A stretch of 63,762 nucleotides of DNA, filler included, from an uncultured Gemmatimonadota bacterium (lineage in GTDB: Bacteria > Blakebacterota > Blakebacteria > Blakebacterales > Blakebacteraceae): assembly GCA_964576115.1 (NCBI GenBank). It is 5 parts of 5 records of this genome, joined end to end, with 100 filler letters (N's around TTAATTAATTAA, not from the genome) between each part and the next. Parts side by side here need not be neighbours in the genome. Positions count along the whole stretch, not along the records: positions 42,006 to 55,000 come from CAZNUA010000076.1; 4 more parts are not named here. The stretch is one strand, 5' to 3'. Below, one piece after another: positions 42,055 to 53,470 of the stretch; position 1 is the stretch's first letter; each line of letters opens with the position of its first letter. Both the position numbers and the translations under genes were made by a program. A model generated the notes under the pieces. That model was not told the origin of the DNA and ran no database searches. It saw only the letters and a list, made by a program, of their open reading frames with translations.

Positions 42055-45000
42055 ATGCCCCGCGACTTCCTCCGTATCTCTCTCGACCCCCGTCCCGCAT
42101 CGGTCACCCCCCTGCGCAGAGGCGCCCCGTCCGGTCCGGGTCGAATCATCCTGACCGTGCTGCTGGTCGGCCTGCTCGGTGCCTGCGCCCGCCAGCCGGG
42201 GATACAGACCGTGCTCGTGGCCGAATTCAAACCCGACGGCGAGGTCGAGCCCTACACCAACGTGACGATCGTCTTCAGCCGGGCCATCTGCCCGGCCGAC
42301 AGCGTCGATCTCTTTCTCGAGTCCGCGGCGGTGGAGTTCGAGCCGGCTCTGGAAGGCCGCTACAAATGGGTCGACACCCACACCCTGCGGTTCATGCCGG
42401 CGGCCCCGCTGGCTCCCTCGACGTCTTACGAGGCCCTGATCAGTCCGGCCGTTACCGGCTCCTCCGAGCTCGTGCTGCGCGGGGAGCGGCGTTTCTCCTT
42501 CCACACACCCACGATCGCCGTCGAAGACGTGGCCTACAGTATCGAACGAGAGACGGGAGAAGCCGAGCGGGGACGGTTCCTGTTCGAGGTGGTTTTCAAC
42601 GCCGAGGTGGCTCCCGAGATGCTCGCCGAGCACCTCGTCCTGCGTTCCCGGGCAGCCGGTCCGGCCGGGAAGGTGCCCTGTACCATCACTTCGACCGCGG
42701 CGGGTACCCGCCTGAGTTTCGAGAGCGACCGGATCGATCTCTCCGACGAGAAGGGGAAGCTGCAGCTGGAGATCGGCGCCGGCCTGCTCCCCGTCGGCGG
42801 GGCGATCGGTCTGCCGGAACAGTTCACCCGTGCCTACCCCTTCGCCACGGCCGAGTTCCTGACCGTGGAGTCGGTCCGGCCCGTACAGCAGACTTCCAGC
42901 CGCTATGCCATCGCGATCAGGTTTTCCTCGCCGGTGTCGGTCGTCGAAGCGCGCCGCTTCATCCGGATCGATCCCGTGACCGAGTTCTCGATCGCCGACA
43001 GCCGGAGCGGGATCCAGCTGAGCGGCGATTTTCGCGCCGGTCAAACCTATACGGTCACGATCGACGAGGGACTGCGCGGCCAGGACGGATCGCGCCTGCG
43101 CCGCTCCCTGCGCCAGCCGGTCATTATGGGCGACCTGCGCCCCGACATCTCCTTCACCTCGCCGGGTCTGTTCCTCTCACGCGAGGGATTGCACAACGTG
43201 GGAATAGACGTCGTCAACATGTCCGAACTCTCTGTCGACCTGTATAAGGTCTTCCCCAATAATCTGGTCCACTACCTGCAGCACGCCGGGTACTACTACG
43301 GTAACATGGAGAGCTACGGCCATGCGGTCTGGCACTCGGAGCAGACCCTCTCGATTCCCCAGAACGAGAAGCGCACCCTGACCGTCAACCTCGGCTCCTT
43401 TCTGGATGATCACCCCAGCGGTCTGTTCAAGCTGCTCGTCCGCGGCGAGGGCCGCTACTGGCGCTCCGATGCCCGGACCGTTCTGCTGACCGACATCGGC
43501 CTGGTCGGCAAACGTTCGCTGGACGAGCTGCACCTGTGGGCCCTCTCGACCACCACTCTCGAACCGCTGGCCGGGGTCGAACTGACCCTGATGAGCCGCT
43601 CCAACCAGGTCATGGGTCGGGCCCGGACCGACGGTGACGGCAGCGCTCTCATCAGCTCTCTGGCGGCGTACGGCGAGGAATTCGATCCCTACCTGGTCCT
43701 GGCCGAGCGGGGGGAGGAGATCTCTTTCCTGCGCTTCGAGGACTGCGAAGTGGCCACAGCCGATTTCGACGTCGCCGGCCGGCCGCACCTGCAGCGGGGC
43801 TACGAGGCCTTCCTGTACGGCGATCGCGGCGTGTACCGTCCCGGCGACGTCGTCCACATCGCCTGCCTGGTGCGGGGGGCCGACAACCGGGTGCCCGAGC
43901 CCTTTCCCCTGCGCCTGGCGATCAAGCGTCCCGACGGCCGCGATCTGGAGGAGCAGCAGGCGCGGAGCATCAGCGCGGGGGCGGTGGAATTCACCGTGCC
44001 CGTCCCGTCTTACGCACCGACCGGGCGCTACCTGGCCGAACTCTATGCCGTCGGGGAGACTCCGATCGGTCAGCTCGACTTCAGCGTCGAGGAATTCATC
44101 CCCGACCGCATCAGGGTCGAGGTCGAGACCGACCGGGCAAGCTACCGCCAGGGGGAAACCGCCCGGGTCACGGTCACCGGCACCATGCTCTTCGGGCCCC
44201 CCGCAGCCGGACGCCGGCTCGAGGCCGCCCTGCGTTTCGAACCGGTTCCCTTCGCCCCGCCGGGCTATGCCAGCTACACCTTCGGCGATCCCGAACTCGA
44301 GTTTACGGGGTACGAGATGACCGCCGACGCCGGCCAGCTCGATGCCGCCGGGCACGGAACGGTCAGCTTCGAGATCCCGGCCAAGATGCGGCCTCCGGCC
44401 GCCCTGCAGGGGATCGTCACCGCCACGGTGCACGAGAACGGCGGTCGGGCCGTCACCGCCCGGCACACGATCGAGGTGCACCCCTACCCCTTCTATGTCG
44501 GCCTGCGGCGGCGCCAGGAGGGGTATGCCGAGATCGGAATCCCGCAGGAGTTCGAGTTCGTGGTTCTCGAACCCGATGGTGCCGCGGCGGCTCCCGAGAA
44601 ACTCGAAGCGCGCTTCGAGTACATGCGCTGGCACACCTCGCTGGTGCGCGATCCCGGCGGCCGCTACCGCTATGTGTCCCGGAAGAGCCCCGAGCACCTG
44701 CAGACGGTCGAGGTCAGCCCCGAGACCGGCCGCGGCAGCTTCGTCTTCACTCCGCCCGAATGGGGGCAGTTCCGGGTGACCCTCACCGATCCCGACACCG
44801 GCGCCCGGACCGCCCTGCTCTTCTATGCCTCCGGCTGGGGCTACACCCCCTGGTCGCTGGAGCGCCCGGGGGTGATCGATCTGGAACTGGATGCCGCCTC
44901 CTACGAGCCGGGACAGGAAGCCCGGGTGCTGGTCAAAGCCCCCTTCGGGGGACGGCTGATCCTGACCGTCGAGCGTGAGAAGGTCCTCTGGAGCCGGGTC

Positions 45001-47329
45001 GTCGAACTGGAGGAAAACACCGCCGAACTCCGCGTCCGGGTCCAGCCCGAGTACATGCCGAACGTCTACGTCACCGCCACTCTGGTCCGGCCGCGCGACG
45101 AGGCCGACCCGGGCGCGCCCCTGCGCGCCTGGGGTGCGGTTCCGCTCATGGTCGACGATTCTCCCGGCCGGCTCGACCTGGCCCTCGCGGTCCCCGACGA
45201 AACCCGGCCTCTCGAGCCGCTCACGATCGACCTCGATCTGACCGAGACCGGTTCGGACCGCCCCCCGGCAGACGTAGCGGTCGTGACGATCGCGGCCGTG
45301 GATGAGGGAATCCTGCAGCTGACCGGATTCGAGACTCCCGATCCGGTCGCCTTCTTCCACGGCAAGGAGAGCCTGGACGTACGCACCTTCGACATCTTTG
45401 CCCTGCTGCTGCCCGAGCTGGAGGCCTCGGCGCCTCTCTCGGCCGCCGGCGGCGACCGGATGGCGGCGATGCGCATGGAGCACCTGAGCCCGGTGACCGC
45501 CCGGCGGGTCAAGCCGGTGGCGCTCTGGTCGGGCCTGCTCGAGACCGATCCCGACGGTCACGCGCGCACTACCTTCGAGGTGCCCGCCTTCAACGGCACC
45601 CTGCGGGTCATGGCGGTGGCCTCGGCGGGATCCCGTTTCGGGGCCGTCGCCCGGGAAGTGCGGGTCAGCGAACCGATCGTCCTGACCCCGACCTTCCCGC
45701 GTTTCTGCGCGCCGGGGGACCGCTTCGAGGTGCCGGTCACGCTCTACAACGACACCGGCCGGCAGGGACGCTTCACCCTGACCCTGACGGCCGAGGGGCC
45801 GGCGGCGGTGCTGGGTGAGACCCGGGTCACCGTCGAGGCCGCCGCGGGCCAGGAGGTCGCAGCCGGCTTCCGGGTCGAAGCCGCCCGGGCGGTCGGCACG
45901 GTGACCTTCACCCTGACTGCGAGCGGCAACGAGGCCGCGGTCGAGAGCGAGACCGAGCTGCCGGTCCGCCCCGTTGCACCGCCGGAAACCCGCAGCAGTT
46001 CAGGTTCGGTGGCGGGGGGGGAGCGGGCTCTCTTCACCCTGCCCGGCGGTTTCGTGTCCGGCTCGATCCGGGCCACTCTGACGGTCTCGCCCTTCCCCAC
46101 GGTCGAGTACAGCGGCAGTCTGCAGGAACTGCTCCGCTATCCCTACGGCTGCGCCGAACAGACCGTTTCGCAGGCCTTTCCCCTGCTCTATTTCAAGGAC
46201 CTGGCCCGCCAGGTCGAACCGGAACTCTTCGATACCAACGCTCCCGAATACTACGTCGAGGAAGCGATTCGCAAGCTGGGTTCGATGCAGCTTGCCAGCG
46301 GGGGCTTCACCTTCTGGCCCCGTTCCCCGACCGTGAATGAGTGGACCAGCGTCTACGCCATGCACTTTATGGCCGAAGCCCGCCGGGCCGGCTACAGCCT
46401 GTCCCGGCGGATGCTCTCGCGCGGTATCGGCTACCTGCGCCAGCTTCTCTTCGCCCGCGAATCGGCCCCCCGCGGTTCGAGTGCCCTTCAGCCCTGGATC
46501 CTGGCCCGCGATCTGCGCATCAAGAGCTACGCCGCCTACGTGCTGGCCCTGCTCGACGAACCGGAACCGGGTACGATGAGCTTCCTGCTCGAGACCTACG
46601 AACGCGATCTGACCCTCGACGCCCGGATCCTGCTGGCCGGCGCTTTCGCCCTGACCGGGGACACCAGTACCGCTTTCCGACTGCTGCCGGCTTCGGTCAA
46701 CCCGCAGAGTGCCGAGGCCCGCGAAACCGGCGGCACCTTCTCGAGTTCGGTCCGGGACAACGCCCTGATCCTGACCATCCTGGCCGATATCGCCCCCGAC
46801 CACGCCGGCATCCCGGTCCTGGTCTCGTGGCTTTCGCGCCAGGCCAGTATCGGCCGGTGGGGCACGACCCAGGAGAACGCCTGGGCCTTCCTCGCCCTGG
46901 GCAAGGTCATGCAGCAGCAACCCGGCGGCGCTTACACCGGCTCGATCACGGTCGATGGAGAGCAGGCGGCCGAACTGACGCCCGAAACGGTGAGCCTGGC
47001 CGGAACCCATCTGGCCGGAGCGCCGGTCGTCATCGAAATCGAGGGCGAAGGGCGGGCGTACTTCTATTGGGAGGTCCGCGGCGTCGCGGTGGGCCAGAGT
47101 TACGAGGAGGCCAGCCGGGGCCTGCAGGTCAGCCGGCGCTACCTGCGCCTGGACGGCACTCCGGCCGGGCTCGATTCCCTGGCCCACGGCGAGCTGGTGC
47201 TGGTGGAACTGAACATCACCGCCGCCAGCCAGAGTATCGAGAACGTGGTCATCGACGACATGCTTCCGGCCGGACTCGAGATCGAGAATCCGCGGCTGGA
47301 ATCGCGGGCCGACCTGCCCCGGCCCGAGA
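42055..47329 (+). CDS. Bacterial alpha-2-macroglobulin lipoprotein (YfhM-like); 3' end lies in the gap
   Basis: Lipobox LGAC, DRGVYRPGD, AAVDEGIL, thioester motif YPYGCAEQ, TTQENAW, DMLPAGLEIEN. Confidence 0.95.
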
Positions 47330-47429
47330 NNNNNNNNNNNNNNNNNNNNNNNNNNNNNNNNNNNNNNNNNNNNNNNNNNNNNNNNNNNNNNNNNNNNNNN
47401 NNNNNNNNNNNNNNNNNNNNNNNNNNNNN
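47330..47429. other. Scaffold gap (100 N)
   Basis: N run hiding the A2M end and the pbpC start. Confidence 0.98.
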
Positions 47430-49433
47430 CGGGTCGTGAGCGGAGGCTCGACCATCACCCAGCAGGTCGCCCGCATGATGGAGAACCGCCCCCGTACCGT
47501 GGGAGCCAAGGCGATCGAAGCCTTCCGGGCGCTGCAGCTCGAACTGCGTTTCTCGAAGCGGCGGATCCTGGAGTTCTACTTCAACCTCGCCCCCTACGGC
47601 GGGAACATCCAGGGAGCCGAGGCGGCCGCCCTGCTCTATTTCGGCAAGCCGGCCTCCGAGCTGGGACCGGGCGAAGCGGCCCTGCTCGCGGTACTGCCCA
47701 ATTCCCCGACCGCCCTGCGCCCCGACCGCAATCCCGACGGCGCCCGACGGCGCCGGAACGAAGTGCTGCGCCGCATGCAGCGGATCGGTAAACTCGATCG
47801 CGAGCAATTCCGGCTGGCAACCACCGCCCCGGTTCCGAGCGAACGCCGCGCCCTGCCATTCGGCACCCCGCACCTGGGGGATCTGCTGCGTCAGCGGTAC
47901 GGGAACGACACCGGCGACCTGCGCACGACCATCGTCCCCGGCACCCAGCGGCTGGCCGAAGAGCTGCTCGAACGGCACCTGCGGACCCTGCGCCCGCAGG
48001 GCATCACCAACGGTGCGGTGGTGGTGATCGACAACGCCACCCGGTCGGTGGCGGCCCTGGTCGGCAGCGCCGGGTACTTCAACCTCGCCATCGACGGCCA
48101 GGTCAACGGCGCCACCGCTCCCCGCTCCCCCGGTTCGACCCTCAAGCCCTTCGCCTACGCCCTGGCCCTGGACGCTGGTCTGATCTCCCCCTCGACCCTG
48201 CTGCCCGACATTCCGGTCACGATCGCCGGCTATCAGCCGCAGAACTACGACGGCGGGTACCGTGGCGCCGTCACCGCAACCGACGCCCTGGTGCATTCGA
48301 TGAACGTGCCGGCCGTGAACCTGGTTCTCGACCTGGGGGCGGATCGCTTCCACGCCTTCCTGCAGCAGGGCGGCCTCGGCACCCTGACCGAACCGTGGGA
48401 ACACTACGGGCTCTCGCTGGTCCTGGGCGGGGCCGGGGTGACCCTGCTCGATCTGACCAATCTCTACGCCACCCTGGCGCGGGGGGGGCTCTGGCAGCCG
48501 GTCCGCCTGCTCGAGAGCGATCCGCACCCCGAGGGCCGGCCGATCATCTCGGCCGAGGCGGCCTACATCATGACCGATATCCTCAGCCGCCTGAGCCGGC
48601 CCGATTTCCCCGCCGCCTGGGAGTTCTCGGTCAATCTGCCCCGGCTGGCATGGAAGACCGGCACCTCCTACGGCCACCGCGATGCCTGGAGTATCGGCTA
48701 TAATCCCGCCTTCACCATCGGCGTCTGGCTCGGCAACTTCTCCGGTATCGGCTCGCCCGCACTCATCGGGGCCGACGCCGCCGGCCCCCTGCTCTTCGAT
48801 CTGGCCACCGCCCTGGAACCCGATGCCGGGAGCTGGTTCGAGCGTCCGTCCGGGGTCGGAGAACGGGAGGTCTGCGCTCTCTCGGGTCGTCCCCCCGGTC
48901 CGGCCTGCACGCAGACGAAGAGCGAACTCTACATTCTCGACGTGTCGCCTCATACTCCCTGCGGAATGCACATCACCCTGGCCATCGACGACAGCACCGG
49001 CGAGCGGCTCTGTCCCCACTGCCGCGCCGGACACGAGTGGCACCGGCGCACATTCGTACTCTGGCCGCCGCGGGTGGCCACCTGGATGCAGCAGAACGGA
49101 TATCCCGTGCCGGTCCTGCCCCCCCACAACCGCCTCTGCCGGACGGTGATTTCGGGCCGGGAGCCGACGATCACCTCGCCCGCTCCGGGAGTCCGGTACG
49201 TGCTGCGCCGCGGCGTGCCGCTGGAGGACCAGCAGATCAGGCTCGAGGCCGCCGTGGCGAGCGACGTGAACCGGCTGCACTGGTTCGTGGACGGCGAGCT
49301 GCTTCTGAGCACCTCACCCGCCGAAGCGGCTTTCATGGAACCTGTGGCGGGGCGTCATGAGATCGTCTGCATGGATGACGAAGGGCGGACCGGCCGGCTC
49401 ACCCTCACGATCGAAGGCGGCGGGAACCGCTGA
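47430..49433 (+). CDS. pbpC: Penicillin-binding protein 1C; 5' end lies in the gap
   Basis: GGSTITQQVAR, APYGGNIQG, GSTLKPF (SxxK), SMN, KTGTSYGHRDAW, C-terminal WFVDG domain. Directly follows A2M. Confidence 0.93.
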   Translation, partial: RVVSGGSTITQQVARMMENRPRTVGAKAIEAFRALQLELRFSKRRILEFYFNLAPYGGNIQGAEAAALLYFGKPASELGPGEAALLAVLPNSPTALRPDRNPDGARRRRNEVLRRMQRIGKLDREQFRLATTAPVPSERRALPFGTPHLGDLLRQRYGNDTGDLRTTIVPGTQRLAEELLERHLRTLRPQGITNGAVVVIDNATRSVAALVGSAGYFNLAIDGQVNGATAPRSPGSTLKPFAYALALDAGLISPSTLLPDIPVTIAGYQPQNYDGGYRGAVTATDALVHSMNVPAVNLVLDLGADRFHAFLQQGGLGTLTEPWEHYGLSLVLGGAGVTLLDLTNLYATLARGGLWQPVRLLESDPHPEGRPIISAEAAYIMTDILSRLSRPDFPAAWEFSVNLPRLAWKTGTSYGHRDAWSIGYNPAFTIGVWLGNFSGIGSPALIGADAAGPLLFDLATALEPDAGSWFERPSGVGEREVCALSGRPPGPACTQTKSELYILDVSPHTPCGMHITLAIDDSTGERLCPHCRAGHEWHRRTFVLWPPRVATWMQQNGYPVPVLPPHNRLCRTVISGREPTITSPAPGVRYVLRRGVPLEDQQIRLEAAVASDVNRLHWFVDGELLLSTSPAEAAFMEPVAGRHEIVCMDDEGRTGRLTLTIEGGGNR

Positions 49434-50177
49434 TCAGGACTCGTCGCGGCTCCGCTGGCGCTCCCGGAAAGAGTCGGTCACGAGCTGGACCACCTCTTCG
49501 GGTGAATCGGTCACGGAGATCAGATCGAGATCGCCGGGTGAGATCTTTTCTTCCCCGAGCATGTCCTCGCGGAAAAACGCCAGCAGATCGGACCAGTACC
49601 CGGAGCCGAAGAGGATCAGGGGAAAACGCTGGATCTTGCCGGTCTGGATCAGGGTCAGGGCTTCCATCATCTCGTCCATGGTGCCCCACCCGCCGGGGAA
49701 GATCAGGTAGGCCTGGGCGTATTTGAGGAACATCGCCTTGCGGACGAAGAAATAGTGGAAGTTCATATCCAGGTTCACATACTCGTTGATCTTCTGCTCG
49801 AAGGGCAGCTCGATGCCCAGCCCGACCGAGGTTACCCTCGCTTCCCGGGCCCCCCGGTTACCGGCCTCCATGATGCCGGGGCCCCCGCCGGTGATGATCG
49901 CAAAACCCGCCTCTCCGAGCCGGCGGGCGGTCTCGACCGCCTGCCAGTAGACCGGATCATCCTCACCCACGCGGGCCGAGCCGAACATCGTCACCGCCGG
50001 TCCCAGTTCGGCCAGGTCGTCGAAACCCGAAACGAATTCCCCCATGACACGCAGAACCCGCCAGGGATCGGTGTGCAGGAAATCGGCCGGAGCGGTCACC
50101 GGCGCTTCGAGCAGGCGCCAGTCTTCGGTCGAGCGGGCCGGTCGGATACGTTTGTGCTCCTCGGGCATCGACGTCAT
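49434..50177 (-). CDS. LOG-family (TIGR00730-like) nucleotide phosphoribohydrolase
   Basis: FGSAR, TGGGPGIMEA, FHYFFVRK, PGGWGTMDE. Confidence 0.93.
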   Translation of the reverse strand: MTSMPEEHKRIRPARSTEDWRLLEAPVTAPADFLHTDPWRVLRVMGEFVSGFDDLAELGPAVTMFGSARVGEDDPVYWQAVETARRLGEAGFAIITGGGPGIMEAGNRGAREARVTSVGLGIELPFEQKINEYVNLDMNFHYFFVRKAMFLKYAQAYLIFPGGWGTMDEMMEALTLIQTGKIQRFPLILFGSGYWSDLLAFFREDMLGEEKISPGDLDLISVTDSPEEVVQLVTDSFRERQRSRDES

Positions 50178-50367
50178 CTCCCTCGGGTACCGGGACTGTG
50201 GTGCGGCCGAACCCGATGAGCGGTGAGGATCTCACCCGGTCGGCGTGCAAAACGAAAGCTGTAATAAACACCCCGCCGCCGACGTCGGGGACATCAATTG
50301 CGGGAAGGAGTTGCAGATGCTACATATAGGCTCAAACAGGCTCAAGCCGCAGCTCAGGAGAGTTGAG

Positions 50368-53268
50368 ATGAGAAGCCTCCGTCGTATCGTTCCCCGTCGT
50401 GTTCTCTGTGCCGTCATGGTCTGCATCCTCGGCATCGCCGGCCCCCTCGCCGCCCAGGAGCAGGCCAAAAAGCCACTCGACCACAGCGTCTACGACGACT
50501 GGAACCGACTCCAGGGGGAGCAGATCGCTCCCGACGGATCGTGGGTGGCCTACACCCTCGCTCCCCAGGACGGGGGCGACGTCCAGCTCAGATTTCAGAA
50601 CCTGCGCAACGGGACCGAGCACGTGGTTCTCAACGGCACCGCGGCCCGCTTCACCACCGACAGCCGCTATATCGTCTACCTGATCGCCCCAACCGAGGAG
50701 GCCGTCAAGGAGGCCCGGGAAGCCAAGCTCGATCCGGTCGAGCAGCCGAAGAAACGCCTGCTGATCCTGGAGCTGGCCTCCGGCGTCACGATCGAAGTCG
50801 ACCGGGTCCGCTCCTTCGAGCTGCCCGCCGAGTCGGGAACGGTGATCGCCTACCTGATGGAGGAGCCCCTGCCGGAGGAGACGGCGGAACCGGCCGAAGC
50901 GGAGGGTGAAGAAGAGGCCGAGGAACCCCGCCGGGAGGGACGCCCGGGCACCGAACTCGTCCTGCGCCGCCTCGAGGACGGCTCGGAGTACAGTTTCGCC
51001 CATGTGACCGAGTACGCACTCTCCGAATCGGGCGACCTGCTTGTCTACGCCACCCACACTCCCTCGGGTGAAATCGACGGTATCTACGCCGTCGAGACCG
51101 CCTCGGGCGCGATCACACCTCTGGCCGAAGGGGTGGCCGAGTACAGGAGTATCGCCATCTCCGAAGACGGTGCCCGGGTCGCCTTCCTGACTGACCGCGA
51201 CGACGCCAATGGCGACGATCCAGCCTTCAACCTGTATCTCTGGGAACGGGGGGATGACTCGGCCCGCGTCGTGGCCGCGGCCGGCTCGCCCGGGCTGCCC
51301 TCCGGCTGGGGGGTGAGTAAACACGGCCGGCCTTCCTTCTCGAAGAGCGGCCGCCGACTCTACTTCGGTACCGCTCCCCTGCCCGAACAAGAACCGGAAG
51401 CGACTCACGGCGAGGCTGACACCACCGAAGCCGATGAGGCTGAAGACGATGAAGAGAGCCAGGTCGTGCTCGACATCTGGCACTGGCGCGACACCCGTCT
51501 GCAGCCCCAGCAACTGCTCGAAGTCGACCAGGACCGGCGTCTGAACTGGCAGGCGGTAGTCCACGTCGAAAGCGGTCGGATCGTCCAGCTGGCAGACGAG
51601 GAGCTGCCCGGTGTCCGGATCGGCGCCGAGGGTGACGCCCCCCTCGGCCTGGCCCAGACATCGGTGCCGTACGAGAACCCCTTCTCGTGGGAGTACCCCA
51701 GCCTGAGCGATGTCTGGCTCATTGACGTCGAAACCGGCGAGCGGGAACTGGTCATGGAAGCCGTGCAGGTGCGGGCCGAACTCAGCCCCGGCGGACGCTA
51801 TCTTGTCTGGTGGGATTACGGTGAACAGCACTGGTTCGCCCGCAATCTGAACTCGGACACCGAGGTCGCGCTCTCAGCCCCCCTGCCCCATCCGGTCCAT
51901 AACGAGATCCACGACACCCCGATGCCGGCCGGCCCGTGGGGTTCGGCCGGCTGGGCGGGCAACGAGGAGTACTTCCTGATCTACGACGCCTGCGACATCT
52001 GGGCGGTCGATCCCAGCGGCCGGGAAGCGGCCCGCTGCATCACCGAGGGCGTCGGACGCGAGCACGGCCTGCGCTTCCGCTACGTACGCCTCGATCGCGA
52101 GGAAGAAACGATCGAACCGCGCGGACGCATCCTGCTCTCGGCTTTCGACACCGTCACGAAGGCCTCGGGATTCTACCGCGACCGGGTGCAGGGACGCGGC
52201 CTGCCCGAAGAACTCGTGATTCAGGACTACCGCTTCTCCTCCCCCGTCAAGGCCGAGGAGGCCGAAGTCGTCATCTTCACCCGCGAGAGCTTCCGCGAGT
52301 TCGGCGACCTCTGGACAGCCGACCTGCAGTTCCGGAACATGCAGAAGGTCAGCGACGGCAATCCTCAGCAGGCCGAGTACCTCTGGGGCAGTGCCGAACT
52401 GGTGTACTGGAACTCTCTGGACGGGGTACCGCTATCCGGGATCCTCTACAAGCCGGAGGGATTCGATGCCGGCCGGCAGTACCCGATGATGGTTACTTTT
52501 TACGAGAAGAACTCCGACAACCTGCACCAGCACTGGATCCCCGAACCGCACCGCTCGATCATCAACTACCCCTTTTACTCGAGCCGCGGCTACCTGGTCT
52601 TCATCCCCGACATCCCCTACCGCACCGGCTACCCCGGTGAGAGCGCTCTGAACGCGGTCGTGCCCGGTGTGAACATGCTCGTCGATCAGGGCTTTGTGGA
52701 TGCCGACCGCATCGGGGTGGCCGGCCACTCGTGGGGGGGCTACCAGATCGCTTTCATGATCACCCGGACCAACATCTTCACCGCCGCCGAAGCAGGCGCC
52801 CCGGTCTCGAACATGACCAGCGCCTACGGCGGCATCCGCTGGGGCAGCGGGCTCTCGCGGATGTTCCAGTACGAGTGGACCCAGAGCCGGATCGGGGCCA
52901 CCCTCTGGGAAGCCCCCCTGCTCTACATCGAGAACTCCCCCGTCTTCTGGGCCGACAAGATCGAGACCCCCCTGCTCATCATGCACAACGACGAGGACGG
53001 GGCCGTGCCATGGGAGCAGGGGATCGAACTCTTCGTGGCCATGCGCCGGCTGCAGAAACCCTGTTGGATGATCGTGTACAACGAACAGCCCCACTGGCCG
53101 ATCACCTGGCCCAACAAGAAGGACTGGGCGGTGCGCCTGCAGCAGTACTTCGACCACTTCCTGCTGGACGCCCCCGCCCCGCGCTGGATCTCCGAGGGAG
53201 TACCGGCCACCGAGAAGGGCGAAACCCTGGGCCGCGAACTGCCCGGGGAGCCGCCGCCGCGGCCGTAA
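50368..53268 (+). CDS. Large secreted S9-family peptidase
   Basis: Signal peptide, GHSWGGYQ, DGAVPW, EQPH. Start moved to ATG 50368 after AGGAG. Confidence 0.92.
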   Translation: MRSLRRIVPRRVLCAVMVCILGIAGPLAAQEQAKKPLDHSVYDDWNRLQGEQIAPDGSWVAYTLAPQDGGDVQLRFQNLRNGTEHVVLNGTAARFTTDSRYIVYLIAPTEEAVKEAREAKLDPVEQPKKRLLILELASGVTIEVDRVRSFELPAESGTVIAYLMEEPLPEETAEPAEAEGEEEAEEPRREGRPGTELVLRRLEDGSEYSFAHVTEYALSESGDLLVYATHTPSGEIDGIYAVETASGAITPLAEGVAEYRSIAISEDGARVAFLTDRDDANGDDPAFNLYLWERGDDSARVVAAAGSPGLPSGWGVSKHGRPSFSKSGRRLYFGTAPLPEQEPEATHGEADTTEADEAEDDEESQVVLDIWHWRDTRLQPQQLLEVDQDRRLNWQAVVHVESGRIVQLADEELPGVRIGAEGDAPLGLAQTSVPYENPFSWEYPSLSDVWLIDVETGERELVMEAVQVRAELSPGGRYLVWWDYGEQHWFARNLNSDTEVALSAPLPHPVHNEIHDTPMPAGPWGSAGWAGNEEYFLIYDACDIWAVDPSGREAARCITEGVGREHGLRFRYVRLDREEETIEPRGRILLSAFDTVTKASGFYRDRVQGRGLPEELVIQDYRFSSPVKAEEAEVVIFTRESFREFGDLWTADLQFRNMQKVSDGNPQQAEYLWGSAELVYWNSLDGVPLSGILYKPEGFDAGRQYPMMVTFYEKNSDNLHQHWIPEPHRSIINYPFYSSRGYLVFIPDIPYRTGYPGESALNAVVPGVNMLVDQGFVDADRIGVAGHSWGGYQIAFMITRTNIFTAAEAGAPVSNMTSAYGGIRWGSGLSRMFQYEWTQSRIGATLWEAPLLYIENSPVFWADKIETPLLIMHNDEDGAVPWEQGIELFVAMRRLQKPCWMIVYNEQPHWPITWPNKKDWAVRLQQYFDHFLLDAPAPRWISEGVPATEKGETLGRELPGEPPPRP

Positions 53269-53385
53269 TCGCTCACAGGCGGACGAAATTACAGACGGAC
53301 GAAAGCACCGGATCACCCGACGTCCGGTACGAGTCCATCCGGAGAGCTGAGTCAGGAATGAGCGGATCGCACCCGGCGGATATCA

Positions 53386-53414
53386 TTGACTCGTATTCTC
53401 TTCCTTGTTACACT
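53386..53414 (+). promoter_or_regulatory. sigma70-type promoter
   Basis: TTGACT-N17-TACACT with an extended -10 TG. Confidence 0.72.
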
Positions 53415-53470
53415 ACGAACGGTACGTAATTAACGTAACGGTATTAATGGAAGATTTGAGGGGAGTCAAT

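Noticed and set aside
46341-49433. 1030-aa PBP1C with a long novel N-terminus
   Set aside because: The N-terminal part is an off-frame reading of alpha-2-macroglobulin fused across the N gap.
42055-49433. Alpha-2-macroglobulin plus pbpC as a novel system
   Set aside because: Well-known conserved gene pair; the thioester motif is canonical.
53281-53340. GGACGAAA twice and GAGTCC, resembling a hammerhead ribozyme
   Set aside because: The required CUGANGA core and stem I/III arrangement are absent.
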